Positions 26,116-39,984 of a stretch of DNA of 64,000 nt are shown here, piece after piece. Source of the DNA: Carcharhinus longimanus (lineage: Eukaryota); contig JASCQW010000032.1 of assembly GCA_030264375.1 (NCBI GenBank), positions 50,358,165-50,422,164 of the forward strand, in the 5' to 3' direction. The stretch's first letter is position 1. Every line of letters starts with the position of its first letter. The notes beneath the pieces were generated by a model. The model did no database searches and was not told the DNA's origin. It worked only from the letters and a program-made list of their open reading frames with translations. The position numbers and the translations under genes were made by a program.

Positions 26116-26763
26116 GTGCCTATACATTAAATATCTTAAATTGTGGAAGTGACAAGCTTCCAGATAAAAATCTGGCCACATACTGTAATTTTGTGATTTT
26201 TTTAAGTGATCTTAAAAATACAATGCTCCAGTGAATTGCACAATAGAATAATGGGGCAAGATTTGCTCTTGTCTCCTGCTTGAGTCTTAGTTCTCATTGT
26301 GCCATCAGGAAGTACTACTGAACAGACTTCAGGTATGTTCACACAAAGTAGGAGAGGGAGCTGGAGGAAAAGTTGCTACAGCCTGTCTGGCAGAACTCCT
26401 AAATCTTGGGAACGAATCATTTGCCGGCCTTCTAGGTACGGTTCATAAATGATGTGGGGATCTCTAAACAGCTGAGTGAAAACATCTAAAAACAACTTAC
26501 AGGGAAGCTGCTTGGACACTATCGCCAACATTTTCCTCACATACTGCTTGTTTATGCTCAGTCACATGCCCTTGAAAATTCTGCTGTGTATCCTACATCC
26601 TGTTCCAACTAGCAAACCTTGTGATCTTAGTTTTCTTTGAAGAAATATGTTGATGCAACTCAACTTTTCATGTTAAAAATAGAGACAATAACTAAGGGAG
26701 AGAATGAAACCATAAGTTGGCTAACTCTACAGCAATTCAAGCAGTGTGTGCTGTTACTGTCCA

Positions 26764-26970
26764 ATTTTGATTTGATTTATTATTGTCATATGTATTAACA
26801 TACAGTGAAAAGTATTGTTTCTTGCGCACTATACAGACAAAACATACCGTTCATCGAGAAGGAAATGAGAGAGTACAGAACATAGTGTTACAGGCTTGGC
26901 TATGGTGTAGAGAAAGATCAACTTAATGTGAGGTAAGTCCACTCAAAAGTCTGACAGCAGCAGGGAAGAA
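26764..26970 (-). mobile_element. Non-LTR retrotransposon 3' end (Rex1/Babar-like) with (TTTGA)n tail
   Basis: TTTGATTTGATTTATTATTGTCA...ACAGTGAAAAGTATTGTTTCTTGCGC...AGTCTGACAGCAGCAGGGAAGAA. Clade assignment is from memory. Confidence 0.55.
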
Positions 26971-27885
26971 TTGTTATTGCATGCCTGCTTAAAGCATGCT
27001 CTGGAAAACTAAAGACATCAAACCGATTAAGGGGTAAGAGTCCCCACCTTTGTCAAAAAAATGTTTGGCAACTGAAGAGAAAAGATTTGGCAGACAGTTG
27101 GCATGGCGATGTGATGCCTGTCAAAATGTCTCATTGTCTTGTGAAAACAATGAGAACAACGAGCAGTCATTTTGTCTCTCTCTCTCCCCAGTGACAAGTG
27201 CACTGTGTCTTTAATAATGTGCTGTATAACTTTGATCCTGTACTGTAGGACAGTATGATTAAATATTGACTGCAGTTTAGGACCAAAGCTGAAAACTATT
27301 GACCCAAAGATTACAGAAGTGATGACATTGTGTTATGATGCCTGAAGCCAAAGATTTTGAAAGCACTATTCACACTTAAGGTCACTTCTGCAACCAGAGG
27401 GGCAATAGTTTACCAATTACAGCCCAAAAACTGCCATCAATATTTGCTTTATTATACTCTTGAGATCAATTTATTTTAAAAACAACAAACATCTTCACCT
27501 CTTGTTCTTTGTGATGTCAGTAGCCAACATTCCTTGTTCTAAGGCCAATTGACACCACTCATTTGGAGACCATTACTATATGATGTCAGTTAACACACAT
27601 TAATGAAACTATATTCTCATGTGACAAATCTTCAGTACGCATTGAGCACCTCATTCCACAGGGACAATCATTTCCATTTGTTGTATATATAATGATGACA
27701 CAAGTTACTGGCATCTCACTGAAAGTAACTTAGATTGGCATCTCATGATACAGTCTTTTATTAGTCACGTGATAAAGTATTTTGCATCTGATTACAAAAT
27801 CGCCACACATAGCAGGCACTATTTATTGTCAGTGTTCCAATAAACTAAGGGAGCTTGGAGACCCACAAAAATAACAAATTTCACT

Positions 27886-28455
27886 GCGGCACAGTGGCAC
27901 AGTGGTTAACACTTCTCCTTCTCAGTGCCAGGGACCCGGATTCAATTCTGGCATGGGTCACTGTCTGTTTGGAGTTTGCAGTATCTCTTCGAGTCTGTAT
28001 AGGTTTTCTCTGGGTACTCTGGTTTCCTCCCACACTCCAAAGAGGTGCGGGTTATGTTGATTGGCCATCCTAAATTGCCCTTAGTGCCATAGATGTAAAG
28101 CAAGTAAAAGTAAAGTTGCCAAAGCCCCGGATGACCATAGGCAGGAGGCCTGACAGATGGTGATTTAACCTGAGGATCACAACATTTCAGGTGAGGGGTA
28201 AAATAGAGAAGGCGGGGCTTAACAAATAACTTTGGCTGGTACGGGAATTGAACTCACGCCATTGGCACTGCTCTAGATCATGAAGCAACTGCCCAGCCAA
28301 CTGAGATAACTGATCCCCCCAAAGATGTGTAGGTTAGGTGGATTAGCCATGGTAAATGGGGTTACGGGGATAGAACAGAGGGAAGGGCCTGGATGGGATG
28401 TTGTTTTGGAGAGTCATTGCAGATTCAATGAGCCGGATGGTCACTTTCTGCATTG
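27886..28455 (+). mobile_element. HE1-type V-SINE interrupted by a second SINE
   Basis: Head and V-domain at 27886-28096, remainder at 28319-28455. Confidence 0.85.
28097..28318 (-). mobile_element. tRNA-derived SINE of a different family, inserted in the HE1 copy
   Basis: Minus strand begins GGGGATCAGTTATCTCAGTTGG (A box), has GAGTTCAATTCCC (B box) and ends in (CTTTA)n; imperfect TSD CCA(T/A)AGATGT (28087-28096, 28319-28328). Confidence 0.8.
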
Positions 28456-29762
28456 TAGAGATGCTATGGTTCATTTCACTAGAGCTGGCACTCTCTAGAA
28501 TAATTGAGAATTTCAACTTTCCCACCCCCACATTACTGTTTCTAACACCTTAGACACAATCATCAAGGTGAAGTTCTCACAGGCAGATTTGCTTGATCGC
28601 TCATTGATGCTTACTTAGTGGTCAGCGACAAGTTTCCTTATTTTGCTGCTGACTGCAAAGTCCAGGCCAATGTGACGAAAGCTATTGTAACACAATTTAT
28701 TAACCTCACAATAAGCTGAGGAGGATCCGAGGCTCATAGCTAACAATGGTTTTGAGGGTTTGCTCCTACCATAGTTTAGTTTTTTTTCAATTCTTAGAAT
28801 GGAGTAGAAGTCAGTACCATGATATTTTGGTTCTTGTGAAGGCACATATTTTAGATTCTGCCATGATGATTCAGTGAGCCTTTTTCACCCAGAAGCTCAG
28901 CAGTATAATGTAAGAAGGTTTGATTTCTGATCATGTAGAATCTGTTCATCGCAGCTAGGATGGTGGCAGGGACGCAACAATTCAACTCCACTTACACAAA
29001 GTAGAAAAAGGAAAATTTGACACTTTTAAACTACTCTTGATCACAACATAGCAATTTCTTCCTGAAGTGCATGGATGCAGATTCTGGTAACAGAGGACCA
29101 ACCATTTGTGGAACAGCATGGCAGACAATGCCCATACAAAGAGGGAAAATGGTTAAAAAAGTAAAGACAGCCAAAACTAAACACTACATCATTGGCATTG
29201 GGACTCAGCAGATGATGGGTCCAAAGGTATCGAGCACATAATTTAGCTGATAGCTCAATGTAGTACTGCATTGTTCTGCCAGTGATGTTGTCTTTCAATG
29301 AGATGTTACAATGAGACCTTCTATGATTTCAGATGGATAGTAAATGATTCCAAGACACTCTTTGGAGAAGAGAAGTGGAATTCTCAAAATGTCCTGGCTA
29401 ATTATTGTTCCTCAACTAAAATGATTCAGAAATTAGCTTATCTGATCATTGCTGTTTGGGCGAACTGTATGCTTTGCATATATTGTTTTCATACATTGTA
29501 ACAATGACAACATTTCAAAAGTGCTTTATTTGATATAAATCACTGTAGGATGCCCTAAGGTTAATGCAAGTGCTATATAAGTTCTTTCCTTTTCCCTTTT
29601 AGTTGACTTAACAAAAAAATCTAAGTGCCGAATGAGAGAATCGCACCCAATTTTTCAACGTGNNNNNNNNNNNNNNNNNNNNNNNNNNNNNNNNNNNNNN
29701 NNNNNNNNNNNNNNNNNNNNNNNNNNNNNNNNNNNNNNNNNNNNNNNNNNNNNNNNNNNNNN

Positions 29763-30215
29763 GGCTGTTGCCTGGTATGGACGGCATTAGCTATGCGGCG
29801 AGGTTGGAGACACTTGGTTTGTTCTCGACGGAGGCTGAGGGAAGACCTGATAGAAGTCTACAAGATTATGAGAGGCATGGACAGAGTGGATTGTCAGAAG
29901 CTTTTTCCCAAGGTGGAAGAGAAAATTACTAGGGGCCATAAGTTTAAGGTGCGAGGGGTAATGTTTAAAGGAGATGTCAGAGGCAGATTTTTTACACAGA
30001 GAGTAGTGGGTGCCTGGAACTCGTTGTCAGGGGAGGCAGTGTAAGCGGATACAGTAGTGACTTTTAAAAGGCGTCTTGACAAATACATGAATAGGATGGG
30101 AATAGAGGAATATGGTCCCCGGAAGGGTAAGGGGTTTTAGTTCAGTTGGGCAGCATGGTCAGTGCAGGCTTGGAAGGCCAAAGGGTCTGTTCCTATGCTG
30201 TAATTTTCTTTGTTC
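29763..30215 (+). mobile_element. CR1 (HER1-like) LINE 3' end
   Basis: RRRLREDLIEVYKIMRGMDRVD...TRGHKFKVRG...FFTQRVVGAWNSL, then a TTCTTTG-type tail. Confidence 0.9.
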
Positions 30216-30230
30216 TTCGCTCTTTGGTTT

Positions 30231-31189
30231 TGTAATGGTTATGTTTCGTGACTGTACCTTTAATTTAAGGTAAAATGGAAGGATGAAAGGAGGTCATGTG
30301 ATCTCTGAATTCTGCCTGGGTGACTTGATTGCTAAAGATTAAAGGGTGGCACAGTTTGTTTCACCGGGAAGAATATGCAGGTGTTCATGCCTCATCTGTG
30401 CTGACGGTGAAAAGACTAATAGTCCCCAAGTCTCATAATGTAATGATTTGTGGACAGTTATACTTTAAACTACCAGTCTTGTTTTGAAATAGAATAAAGT
30501 TGGATGTTTAAATGATAGCTAGTTAGCATTTCTAACTGGACACAAAGCCTGTGTAATTCATGTTGGTGATGGGATTTAAGATGGGGCAGATTTCATAGGA
30601 AGTCATTATAGGATCGAATTACAGGGCATTTTCTTAAAATATTATAAAATCTCATAGACAATGTCAGTCTGCCATTATCTAAAATGAGAAGAGATAGAAA
30701 GAGAGACAGCCAAGAGATAGAGACAGCAATCTTTGTTGTTCAAGATGCAAGAAGTGGAAGCTTGTCCTCAGATTAAAAATATTAAATTCCTAAGGATTTA
30801 AATGAGATTGAACTATTCACCTAGCTTTTGCAGGTGGGAAAATCTCTAGGATAAACCTCACCATAAAAGCCAGTTCAGAGGTTAGAAGTTATCTGTCTAA
30901 AAAAAGAAGAAAGAAAGAAATCCCTTAGGAGCTATGACTCATCAGGAGAATGGAGTATCTACTTAAGGGACAGCGTACAGTATAAACATAGATGAAGTTT
31001 TCAGGTTGTTTTAATGGGGAACCTTATCTGTAATTAAGAGTAAGTTGTTCACTGAAAGAGTGCTTTGTCATATTGCTCTTAGTTTGTCTGTGACAGAAAA
31101 AGTCTTAAAACTTAAAATCTTATATAAGTTACCCACCAGGAATTTGAATTTCTTTTTAAAAGTTATCAGTCTCCACAGGGATCATAACA
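30231..31189. mobile_element. Probable solo LTR
   Basis: Starts TGTAATG, ends GATCATAACA, ~960 bp, no ORF; no clear TSD. Confidence 0.4.
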
Positions 31190-31914
31190 AAGTTTTAAAA
31201 TCTAACTTCATTTCTATTTGAAAGGTTAAAGCAGGTTATGCATGAGTAGTACATGCCCCTTGTGATCATATAGTATATGTCTTGGGCTGTATATTAATTA
31301 CTAACAATTCTCTTGTCCAGCAGTAACACAGTTCCAGTGAAATTGTGCACAGTGCTCCCACTCCTGTTTCTCGAAAATGATGCTCTGACCCTCACTGATA
31401 CAGTCCAAAGCTAATAATGAAATGCATGTACACTGAAATAACTCAGAAATGCAGAGCCAATAGGCAAATATTATGAAGTATATTAACTGGATAAAAGAAT
31501 CAATATTTTCATACAGGATGGGAATCGGACATGTGAAGCCAACCACACTCCCCATCCCCTGCCACCCCTTCTCCAACATGACTCTAACACAAGGCCCCAT
31601 TTTAAAATGATTGAGGGAATGGGCACCCAATTGTGTCAGCAGGTAGCACCCACCAGCCCACAGCCACCCCTGCCTTCCTTTGATTTCTTTAAACCACACG
31701 CTAAAAGCTTTCCTATTTCAGGTTCTAATACTTGCTGCAGTACAAATTCTTTTCTATACTCCATCCCCACCTCACATTCCACACCCTTGGCTTGGTATTA
31801 AGAACATAAGGACTAAGATAGGTACTGCATGCAAAAATCCTACACTACTTTACTTTTTGAAAGCTATTTACTAACTCTTCTCCTCTCTTCTCAAGGAAAG
31901 AACAAATCTGCTTT

Positions 31915-32500
31915 TTTTTATTCATTCATGGGACATGGGCATCACTGGCTGGCCAGCATTTATTGCCCAGCCCTAGTTGCCCTTGAGAAAGTGGTGGTGA
32001 GCTGCCTTCTTCAATCGCTGCAGCTCATGTTCTGTGGGTTGACCCACAATGCCATTAGGGACAGCGTTCTAAGATTTTCACTCTTCGAAGGAACAGCAAT
32101 ATATTTCCAAGTCAAGATGATAAGTGGCTTGAAGGGGATCTTGCAGGTGGTGATGCTCCCATTTATCCGCTGCTCTTGTCTTTCTAGACATGGGTTTGGA
32201 AGATGCCTTCTAAGGATCTTTGGTGAATTGCTGCAGTGTATCTTGTACATAATATACACTGCTGTTACTGAGCGTGGTGGTGGAGGGATTGAATGTTTGT
32301 AGATGTGGTATCAATCAAGTGGTCTGCTTTGTCCTGGATGGTGTCAAGCTTCTTGAGTATTGTTGGAGGTGCACCCATCCAGGCAAGTGAGGAGTATTCT
32401 ATCACACTTTTGACTTGTGCCTTGTAGATGGTGGATAGGTCTGGGGAATCAGGAGGTGAGTTACTCATTGCAGTATTCCTAGCTCTGACCTGTCCTGTAG
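31915..32500 (-). mobile_element. CR1-like LINE 3' end
   Basis: LSTIYKAQVKSVIEYSSLAWMGAPPTILKKLDTIQDKA and YKIHCSNSPKILRRHLPNP on the minus strand. Confidence 0.85.
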
Positions 32501-33179
32501 CTTTTACATTGCACTTTATATTATCTCAATACACCCAAACTAATTGGATACCTATTAACTGCATCATCTCAAGCTAATGCACTTTTCATATTCAGCGTAG
32601 TTTAGATGCAAAATAAAGTTATTTGGAAAGATGTCTGGAAATTTAGAAGCCCCCCCATGCCTCATTAGAAACAATGAGGCACATTTACCTCTGTACAGGC
32701 TAGAATTTATACATTTTATGGATTATGTTTTGATGAATTTTAAGCAAATATAATGCTCTAAATAGAATGACCATATGTTATCCGATATTGAGAGGAAGAA
32801 TGGCTGGAAAACCCTGGCTTAACCATTCAAACCCTATCTGTATTTTGGTTATGATTTCCGTCAACAGTGCTTCTTTATTTCATTTAGAAGGTATTATAAT
32901 ACATTGCCTGAAGCATTTATACCAGAGAAGAATCCAGTCGCTTAAGACCATGTCAGATAAAAAAAAACTTAATCTTTCCCCAGGGAAGCATTTACCAATT
33001 TCAAATTTTGATCATAAACTAATGTTCAACAGCTAGATAATTTAACTCCTTTAACGTGTTTCAGTTTTAAATCATTCTGTAAATATATGTTTTAATAGTT
33101 GATCTTCCATGGTGTTGCTCAGAGTGAATTGGAGAATATTCTGTTATGTAATTTTATTTACAATAGCTTAAATAAAAGT

Positions 33180-33380
33180 AAAAAGCAGCAGACTCTAGAA
33201 ATCTGAAATAAAAAGAAAAAGTGCTGAAACTGCTCAGCAGATATAAGGATTTGTGAAGGAAAGAAACAGAGTTAATGTTTCAGGTCAAGAGTTTTTAACC
33301 TGAAATGTTAATATTCTTTCCCTCTCCACAGATGCTGCCAGACCTGCTGAATATTTCCAATATTCTCTGTTTTTATTTTA
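33180..33380. mobile_element. Penelope-derived inverted-repeat (hairpin) element
   Basis: Two inverted copies of the Penelope terminal motif (arms ~33205-33285 and ~33298-33380) around a ~12-nt loop. Confidence 0.7.
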
Positions 33381-35507
33381 TTTGCTTACACTAATTGAAT
33401 AAGGCAAATTGTTTTTTATTGGAGGAATGTTAATGATATTCTATGATTATGTGTACATTTGCATGAAAATTATCAAAAGATTATCTTGTTTCATTCATTG
33501 TTTTACTTCTTTTTAAAAGCCAGGCTAAGAGAAAGATGCTTCAGTTTGCAACTAGGTAGGTGAATCTTAGGACCGTATGAATAATTCAGAGGGAAGGGGC
33601 TCTTATAGTCTTTTTTTAAATTCATTCATGGAATAACAGTGTCTCTAGCAAGGCCAGCATTTGTTGCTATTTCCTAATTGCCCTTGAGAAAATGATAGTG
33701 AGCTGCCAGCTTAAACCACTGCAGTTCATGTGGTTTAAGTACTAGGATGACGTTCCTTGAATGTGAGTGCATGGGGTGTTTGTGCACTAGTCAGGTAAAA
33801 GAGTCTGAGAGCACCTAGAGGATTTTTGGGATATGAGAGTGCTAGGGAAGCCAGTTATATTTTTTGCAGACAATGGGAAGAGGTCACTGGAATTCTATAG
33901 AGGTAAGAATATGGTCTTCAATTGTGAGCTGCAGCAACTGGTGGTAGAGGATGTACATGGGTATGGCAAAACTGGGATAATGGCAATGGAGTGTGCGAAC
34001 ACTAGACATGGTGTTGCTATGTTTAAAACTAGTGGGAGGGGTTTGGTTACATGAAAATACTGAGAGAAAGTATGTAGGATGCTACTGACGAAATCACTAG
34101 TTATTGAACCGCAGGTCAACCTCAAGAGCAGGTTTTGAGATTCAGCAACTGGCTGAGGCAATGGTGAAATGGTGAAGGAATGCATTTATTCATGACACCG
34201 AAGATTTCATGCAAAGGTTAGCTGGTGTTGGCCTGGAGAAAAAATTGGGCCACTCCCCCATTATCATTAATAGTCAGCATATCTTGATTTGAGTCACAAG
34301 GCTCAAGTTACCCACCTATAGCTCTCTGCGCTGCATTTCAGCCACCGTCACAATCACGTTGAATTCCTTAGTCACATTTTCAGCAACAATTTAATTTATA
34401 TGGCGCTTTGGCTGTAGGAAAAAAATCCTAAAACACATTTTTAGCACTTTAACTATTTGAATATTTTAAAAGAAGTGCAAACACACTATAGGAATATTAA
34501 ACCACTTTCTTGGAATGGCTTTGAATGTGAGTTGGTGGAATCCATGTGTTTACATGGATTTAAGCTTGATGTCTAAGTACTGCAAAGGTAGGGAGATCAC
34601 ACTGGAGAAAGTAATGATTGCCAGCATCAGGCCAAGGATCTAGTTATGGTGGGGATGACAACAAAGGCTGAAATAGGGAAATGAAAGGATCAGGTTGCAG
34701 GCTTTCCTCAATTTTTACTGACAGTTCTCTGAATTTGTGGATTCAGAGAAGGAGTCATCAGGAAAAAAAAAGGTCTGTATGGATCCTCATGCAGAATGTG
34801 GTTGGAAGCTTGCACTCAAATTTGTAGTGAGTTAAAATGAGGGTGGAAGAATCACCTAGATAGGGCTAAAGAGAGAATTTCTAGGAAAATAGAGCTTCAT
34901 GGTGAAGGACAGATCTAAGATTCCAAGTCACCAGGCTGAGAAAAGAAAAGAACAGGAATAAATCCTGAGGACCTAAGAATCACTTTTGATTGATTCTGTA
35001 AAAATTGAACGTCCACGTAAAGTGTAGTGAAAAGTGTGTCTTTTTTTGGATGGGGCTAAAAATAAGAAAGGGTGGATTCCATTCTATAGTTTCAAAGTAT
35101 AAATTGTTGCAAAAATAATATTTTGTCAATAGTGTTTTAATCATTTGTTACAGTAAATGTTTTCCTCTAATTTTTTTTTTCCATTCATTTACTTCAGTAT
35201 CATGATTGCAGCAGAGATAAAGTCAAAATCCCTCTGCGTTTTGTGCTCCTGATCCTGCTAGAATGCATGAGGTCCTCAATGGGATAGAAGGAAGTCACCT
35301 GCTCACAGCAAGAACTTTTAGAAAATCACCTTTGGAGTGAGGAACTGGGATTACCAGCACCTGGCTAATTTCCTGTCATTCCTGTCATCTTCCATCTCAT
35401 TTAAATTTGCATTCTGTCCCAGGTCCCAATGAAATTTAGGATCATACTGTTCTATTGTATAATCTTATTATTAATTAATGACGTCCTGTTAGGTAATAAG
35501 ATTGTGC

Positions 35508-35797
35508 AGGCAGCATGGTGACATAATGGTTTGCACTGCTGCCTCACAGTGCCAAGGACCCGGGTTCAATTCCCAACTTGGGTCACTGTCTGGTGGAGTC
35601 TGCACAGTCCCCCTGTGTCTGTCTGTCCTCCGGTTTCTTCCCACAGTCTAAAAGATGTGCTGATTATGTGCATTGGCCATGCTAAATTCTCCCTCAGTGT
35701 ACCCGAACAAGCATCAGAGTCTGGTGACTAGGGGATTTCCACAATAAAATGTCAGTGTCAATGAAAGCCTACTTGTGACACTTATAAATAAACTTAA
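35508..35797 (+). mobile_element. V-SINE with the alternative 3' tail (second copy)
   Basis: Colinear with 21744-22024. Confidence 0.82.
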
Positions 35798-38700
35798 AAC
35801 TTTTAAACCATCATTTAGCCAATACAGAAAATAAATGTGGAGCATTTTTAAGCTGGTGAAACTCCTCTGCACATGTACAAGTCTGAATGTACATATACAT
35901 CCACATAACTCCTGTAAAAAACTAATACATTGTCAATACACACAACAACAAAAAAAAGTGACTGGATTAATTGAACATACCTGAAAAATGTTTGTGTTCC
36001 ATCTGCTCTTACAAAACAATATTGAGGCACCAGGGTAGGAATTATTGATTGATATTGATTCTTTTTCCACACATAAAATGGGTGAAAATCATGCCAATTT
36101 AGCAGGGGACAACCTACACCCAAAGTGGATGTACTGGTCCAACTGCTGAATTAAACATACTCATTGTTATGGATCCTGGATGGACACTTGTCAAGGATTC
36201 ATTTGCCAAATCAATTCCTACTGAATCCTTTAGTGATTCTCACAAACTGAAAGTAGAGAAATTAATTTTTGAAAAAATCCTTCCTATTGACCCAACAAGT
36301 GTAGGTGAGCTTCCTCAACAGCTTAAGCACTGAAATCATGCTACCCCTCTCCCCCCACACAACCCAGTCACCCTCCACCCCCCACACCTCTTCACTNNNN
36401 NNNNNNNNNNNNNNNNNNNNNNNNNNNNNNNNNNNNNNNNNNNNNNNNNNNNNNNNNNNNNNNNNNNNNNNNNNNNNNNNNNNNCTGGATTCTCCTAATG
36501 GGCAAGATGCCCGTGGAAGTGCAATTTATGCCCGCAGCTTGCCAGGAATATGCAGGTGATGCCTAAGAAGCAGTTTCTATTCATTCTTGTGCCTCTTATT
36601 TTGGGCGCACACCAATCGTACCGTGCTGGTTTTGGCTCGAAAACAGGACCAGATGAAGTTTTACCCCATTATCTCACAGTCACGCAGCACCCGACAAATC
36701 TTCATGTCACTGAGAGACATCTTGTTTGTTGCACTATCAGGAATTTGAAGTATCAGTATCGACTTTCAGAACATGTTTGAAGCCAAATTTGCAAAAGCTT
36801 AACCACAGGAGCCATCTCCCACATAAAGAGGGAAAAACTGTTTTTTTTTATATTCACAGTAATTGTAAAATTAGTTGTTTTTCATATTTTATGGACTATT
36901 GTGATTGTTCCTGTTACTTGGTCTCTAATACAATGTTCTTTACTGGTTTAAGGAGATAAGCAAATTCCAATATTTCTAACCTTGTGAAATTAGTTGATTC
37001 AATATGTCATCATAAATAAGGTTTTGAACAGATCAACTTGAGTTTGATAAAAGCGATTACTCATATTGTAATATGACATCATATGAGAGCTGACAACTCT
37101 CCATTGATGTCCATGCATTCAGTTATCCATCCCCATGATTTAAAGTTCTTTCCCTAAATTCCTCCACCTCCTCCTAAGACCCTTCTTAAAACCCACCTTT
37201 TTGACTGACCCTCTTGTTAGTTCTTTCCTTGGCTTGCCATCCAATTTTGTCTAAGTAAAGCTCTTAGCATATTTATCCACACACAATAGTTGTTGTTACT
37301 GTTGAAGACAGGCTTGTGTTTTCCAACAGATGAACAAACCCTGAGGTTTGGGACAAAACTATTCAAATATGACAACTAAGGGTCAGGTATGAGAAAACTT
37401 TCAAGTCGCAAAACTTGGTGTCCACAACAATTAGGTTAAGAAAAGTTCGCCGGCGGCTGACAAAGCTTTACATCTTCAATCAAATAGAGTGTGTGTTTAT
37501 GGTATGGTCAGGTGGATAGTGGCAGTAGAGTCACATATTTTCTGGTCAGTTTCATTGCCAACCATGCTGCTTTCACCACAGTTCCTGTTTTCTTCTGTCC
37601 ACCAAGTGAGACTTCACATCTGCATTTTTAGTTGTCTAATTAAATAGAATGTATAACACAAAAACAGGCCATTCAGCCAAATATCCATACTGGTATTTAT
37701 GCTCCACACATGTCTCCTCTTAACCTAGTCCTATCTGCATATTCCCCTATTCCCTTTTCCCTTGAGTTTTTCTCCGCCTCTTCCTTAACTGCATCGATGC
37801 TATTTGCGTCAACAACTCAACCATCTGTGGTAGAAAATTCTACCATTCTGGATAAAGAAATTTTTCCCAAATTTCCTACTGGATTTATGAGTGACAATCT
37901 TACATTTCTGGCCCCTCAATAAATTGGAGACATTTCTCTATATCTATCCATCCAACCACTTAGCTCTACATAATTCAACAGGTCTGTTCCCTCATGGGTA
38001 GGGTAGTAACAGAGAGCAACAGGAAACTTTCAGAATGATAGAATCACAGAAGAGAGCCATTTGGCCAATTGTGCCTGCACGAGCTCTCTGTAGGAGCAAT
38101 TTACCTCATGCAGCTTCCCCTGCCTTCTCCTTTTATCATTCTCCACTTTCTGATAACAACCCAATTTCTTCTTGAATGCCTCAGCTGAATCTGCCTCCAA
38201 CACACATTCAGGCAGTTCCTTTAACTTCCTAATCACTTGCTGTATGAAAAGGTTTTTCCTCATGCCACCATAGCTTCATTTGCCAATTACCTTAATTCTG
38301 TGCCCTCTGGTTCTTGGTCCTTCCACCAATACTACCATCATTTACCAGTGCTTCATCCTGAAAATTTGCAATGAAGCTAGTTAAATTCTTCCACCTACAC
38401 ACATCTCGGGTCCATTTCAACCAGTATGTAAACTCATCAGATTTAAGTAAGTGTCTCAATGCCCCAGAGTACTCACCCCAGAAAAGGCAAACAAAATTTC
38501 TATGTATGCAGATTTCCCAGTGGTTGGAGATTACTAAAACATAATGCCGGTTTTTCACACATGTCAAACACCCATCTGACCAAAGTGAACATGCTGCAGT
38601 GCTACGACAATTTCTTTTGTCTACAATGGCAATACTTGAGACCTTGTTCAGTGAGCATATTGTGCCAAATATTCCTACATGCAGTGTAAGTTTGTGCTGT

Positions 38701-39984
38701 GAACTCACCCCTATTATGAACTCATTTCAGCCAGCAGAGCAAGATTTTCTTTCTTCAGTCGTGGCTGAGATCAAACACAGAAGGCAGTGTCTACCACCTA
38801 GTCACCAGGATTCAGGCTTAAGTAACTTTGCTGCCAAAGAATGATACTAGAGTTGGGACTGGTAACAAAGAATATCTTCTTTGTGTGTTTATGTGTGTGC
38901 ACTTGATCTTCATTCTATCTGTTTTGTTTCCTTGTATTCCAGATGGTAATCTTTGTATTTAAGTTATTTTTTGCCTTTCCTGACTTGCTATTTGGGGTCT
39001 GGTTTTAGCTCCTGCACCTATATTCTATATTCTAGGCTGTTTGTTTTTACCTCAGCCATTTCCATTATCATAAAAACTGGTTAATAAGTCTTCTGAGTTA
39101 CAGGGTACTCATATTTGCACCTTCACATTTCAGGCCATTTGCTTTGTTCCTTATATTTTGTTTTGTATTATCTACATTATTAGCTGCTACTTACATTAAT
39201 TATACAAGCTTAGCTATATTTCCTGCATTCTGAGCTTGATATTATATGCTCTATGCACTTCCATTGCAACCCATCCTGTGCTCTGTCCATTCAAGGCTGT
39301 TGCTATCGTGATGCGGACTGTTTTGTGAGTTTCCCTGCAAAGAGTGATGCATATTGGGTTAGCCATCCAGCATGTACTCATTGTGATCCATGTTGTGTTC
39401 CTTGTGATGTCTACTATATTCTCTATTATTATGACAGAGCTCAAAATTCACAATTACCCAATGCTTTTCAGACATTTGTCAAACTCTTGCATTTCAAACT
39501 TAACACTGGCTGTTTGTTTTAATAACTTTGATGTTGTTAATAGTATACATAGGCCTATACCACTATCATGGCCCATAAAACTGAGTCCCCATTACCCACT
39601 TCAGTGCCACTTCAGCTGAGATTGGCTATTTCAAACCAATCAATGAATCAAGCCTTGGACTTTGCTGATCAGTATGGTTCAGACAGACAAAAGGTGGAAC
39701 TTGATTCTACTTTGAGCAGCATTGTGACACCATCCAAGTGATTGGAATAGACTATTCCACTGTTCACTAATTAACCCATTTCACTAGGTGCAATTCTCAT
39801 GTGTTATGCTGTGGGGATTTTACAAGCATGGATTCCCCTTATTTCTGAACTTTTTTTTCTCCCTTTGACCCAGGAACTGATGAGATTTGGAGGTGCTTCC
39901 CTCATCCATGATGGCCAATGGAAAGTGTATTAATTTTAATATTTGAAAGTAAATGCTAAAAAAGTGAAATTGTGCTGCCTAGAT

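Noticed and set aside
39214-39619. Cys-rich 89-aa ORF and overlapping ORFs
   Set aside because: No recognisable domain and no exon context; consistent with chance ORFs.
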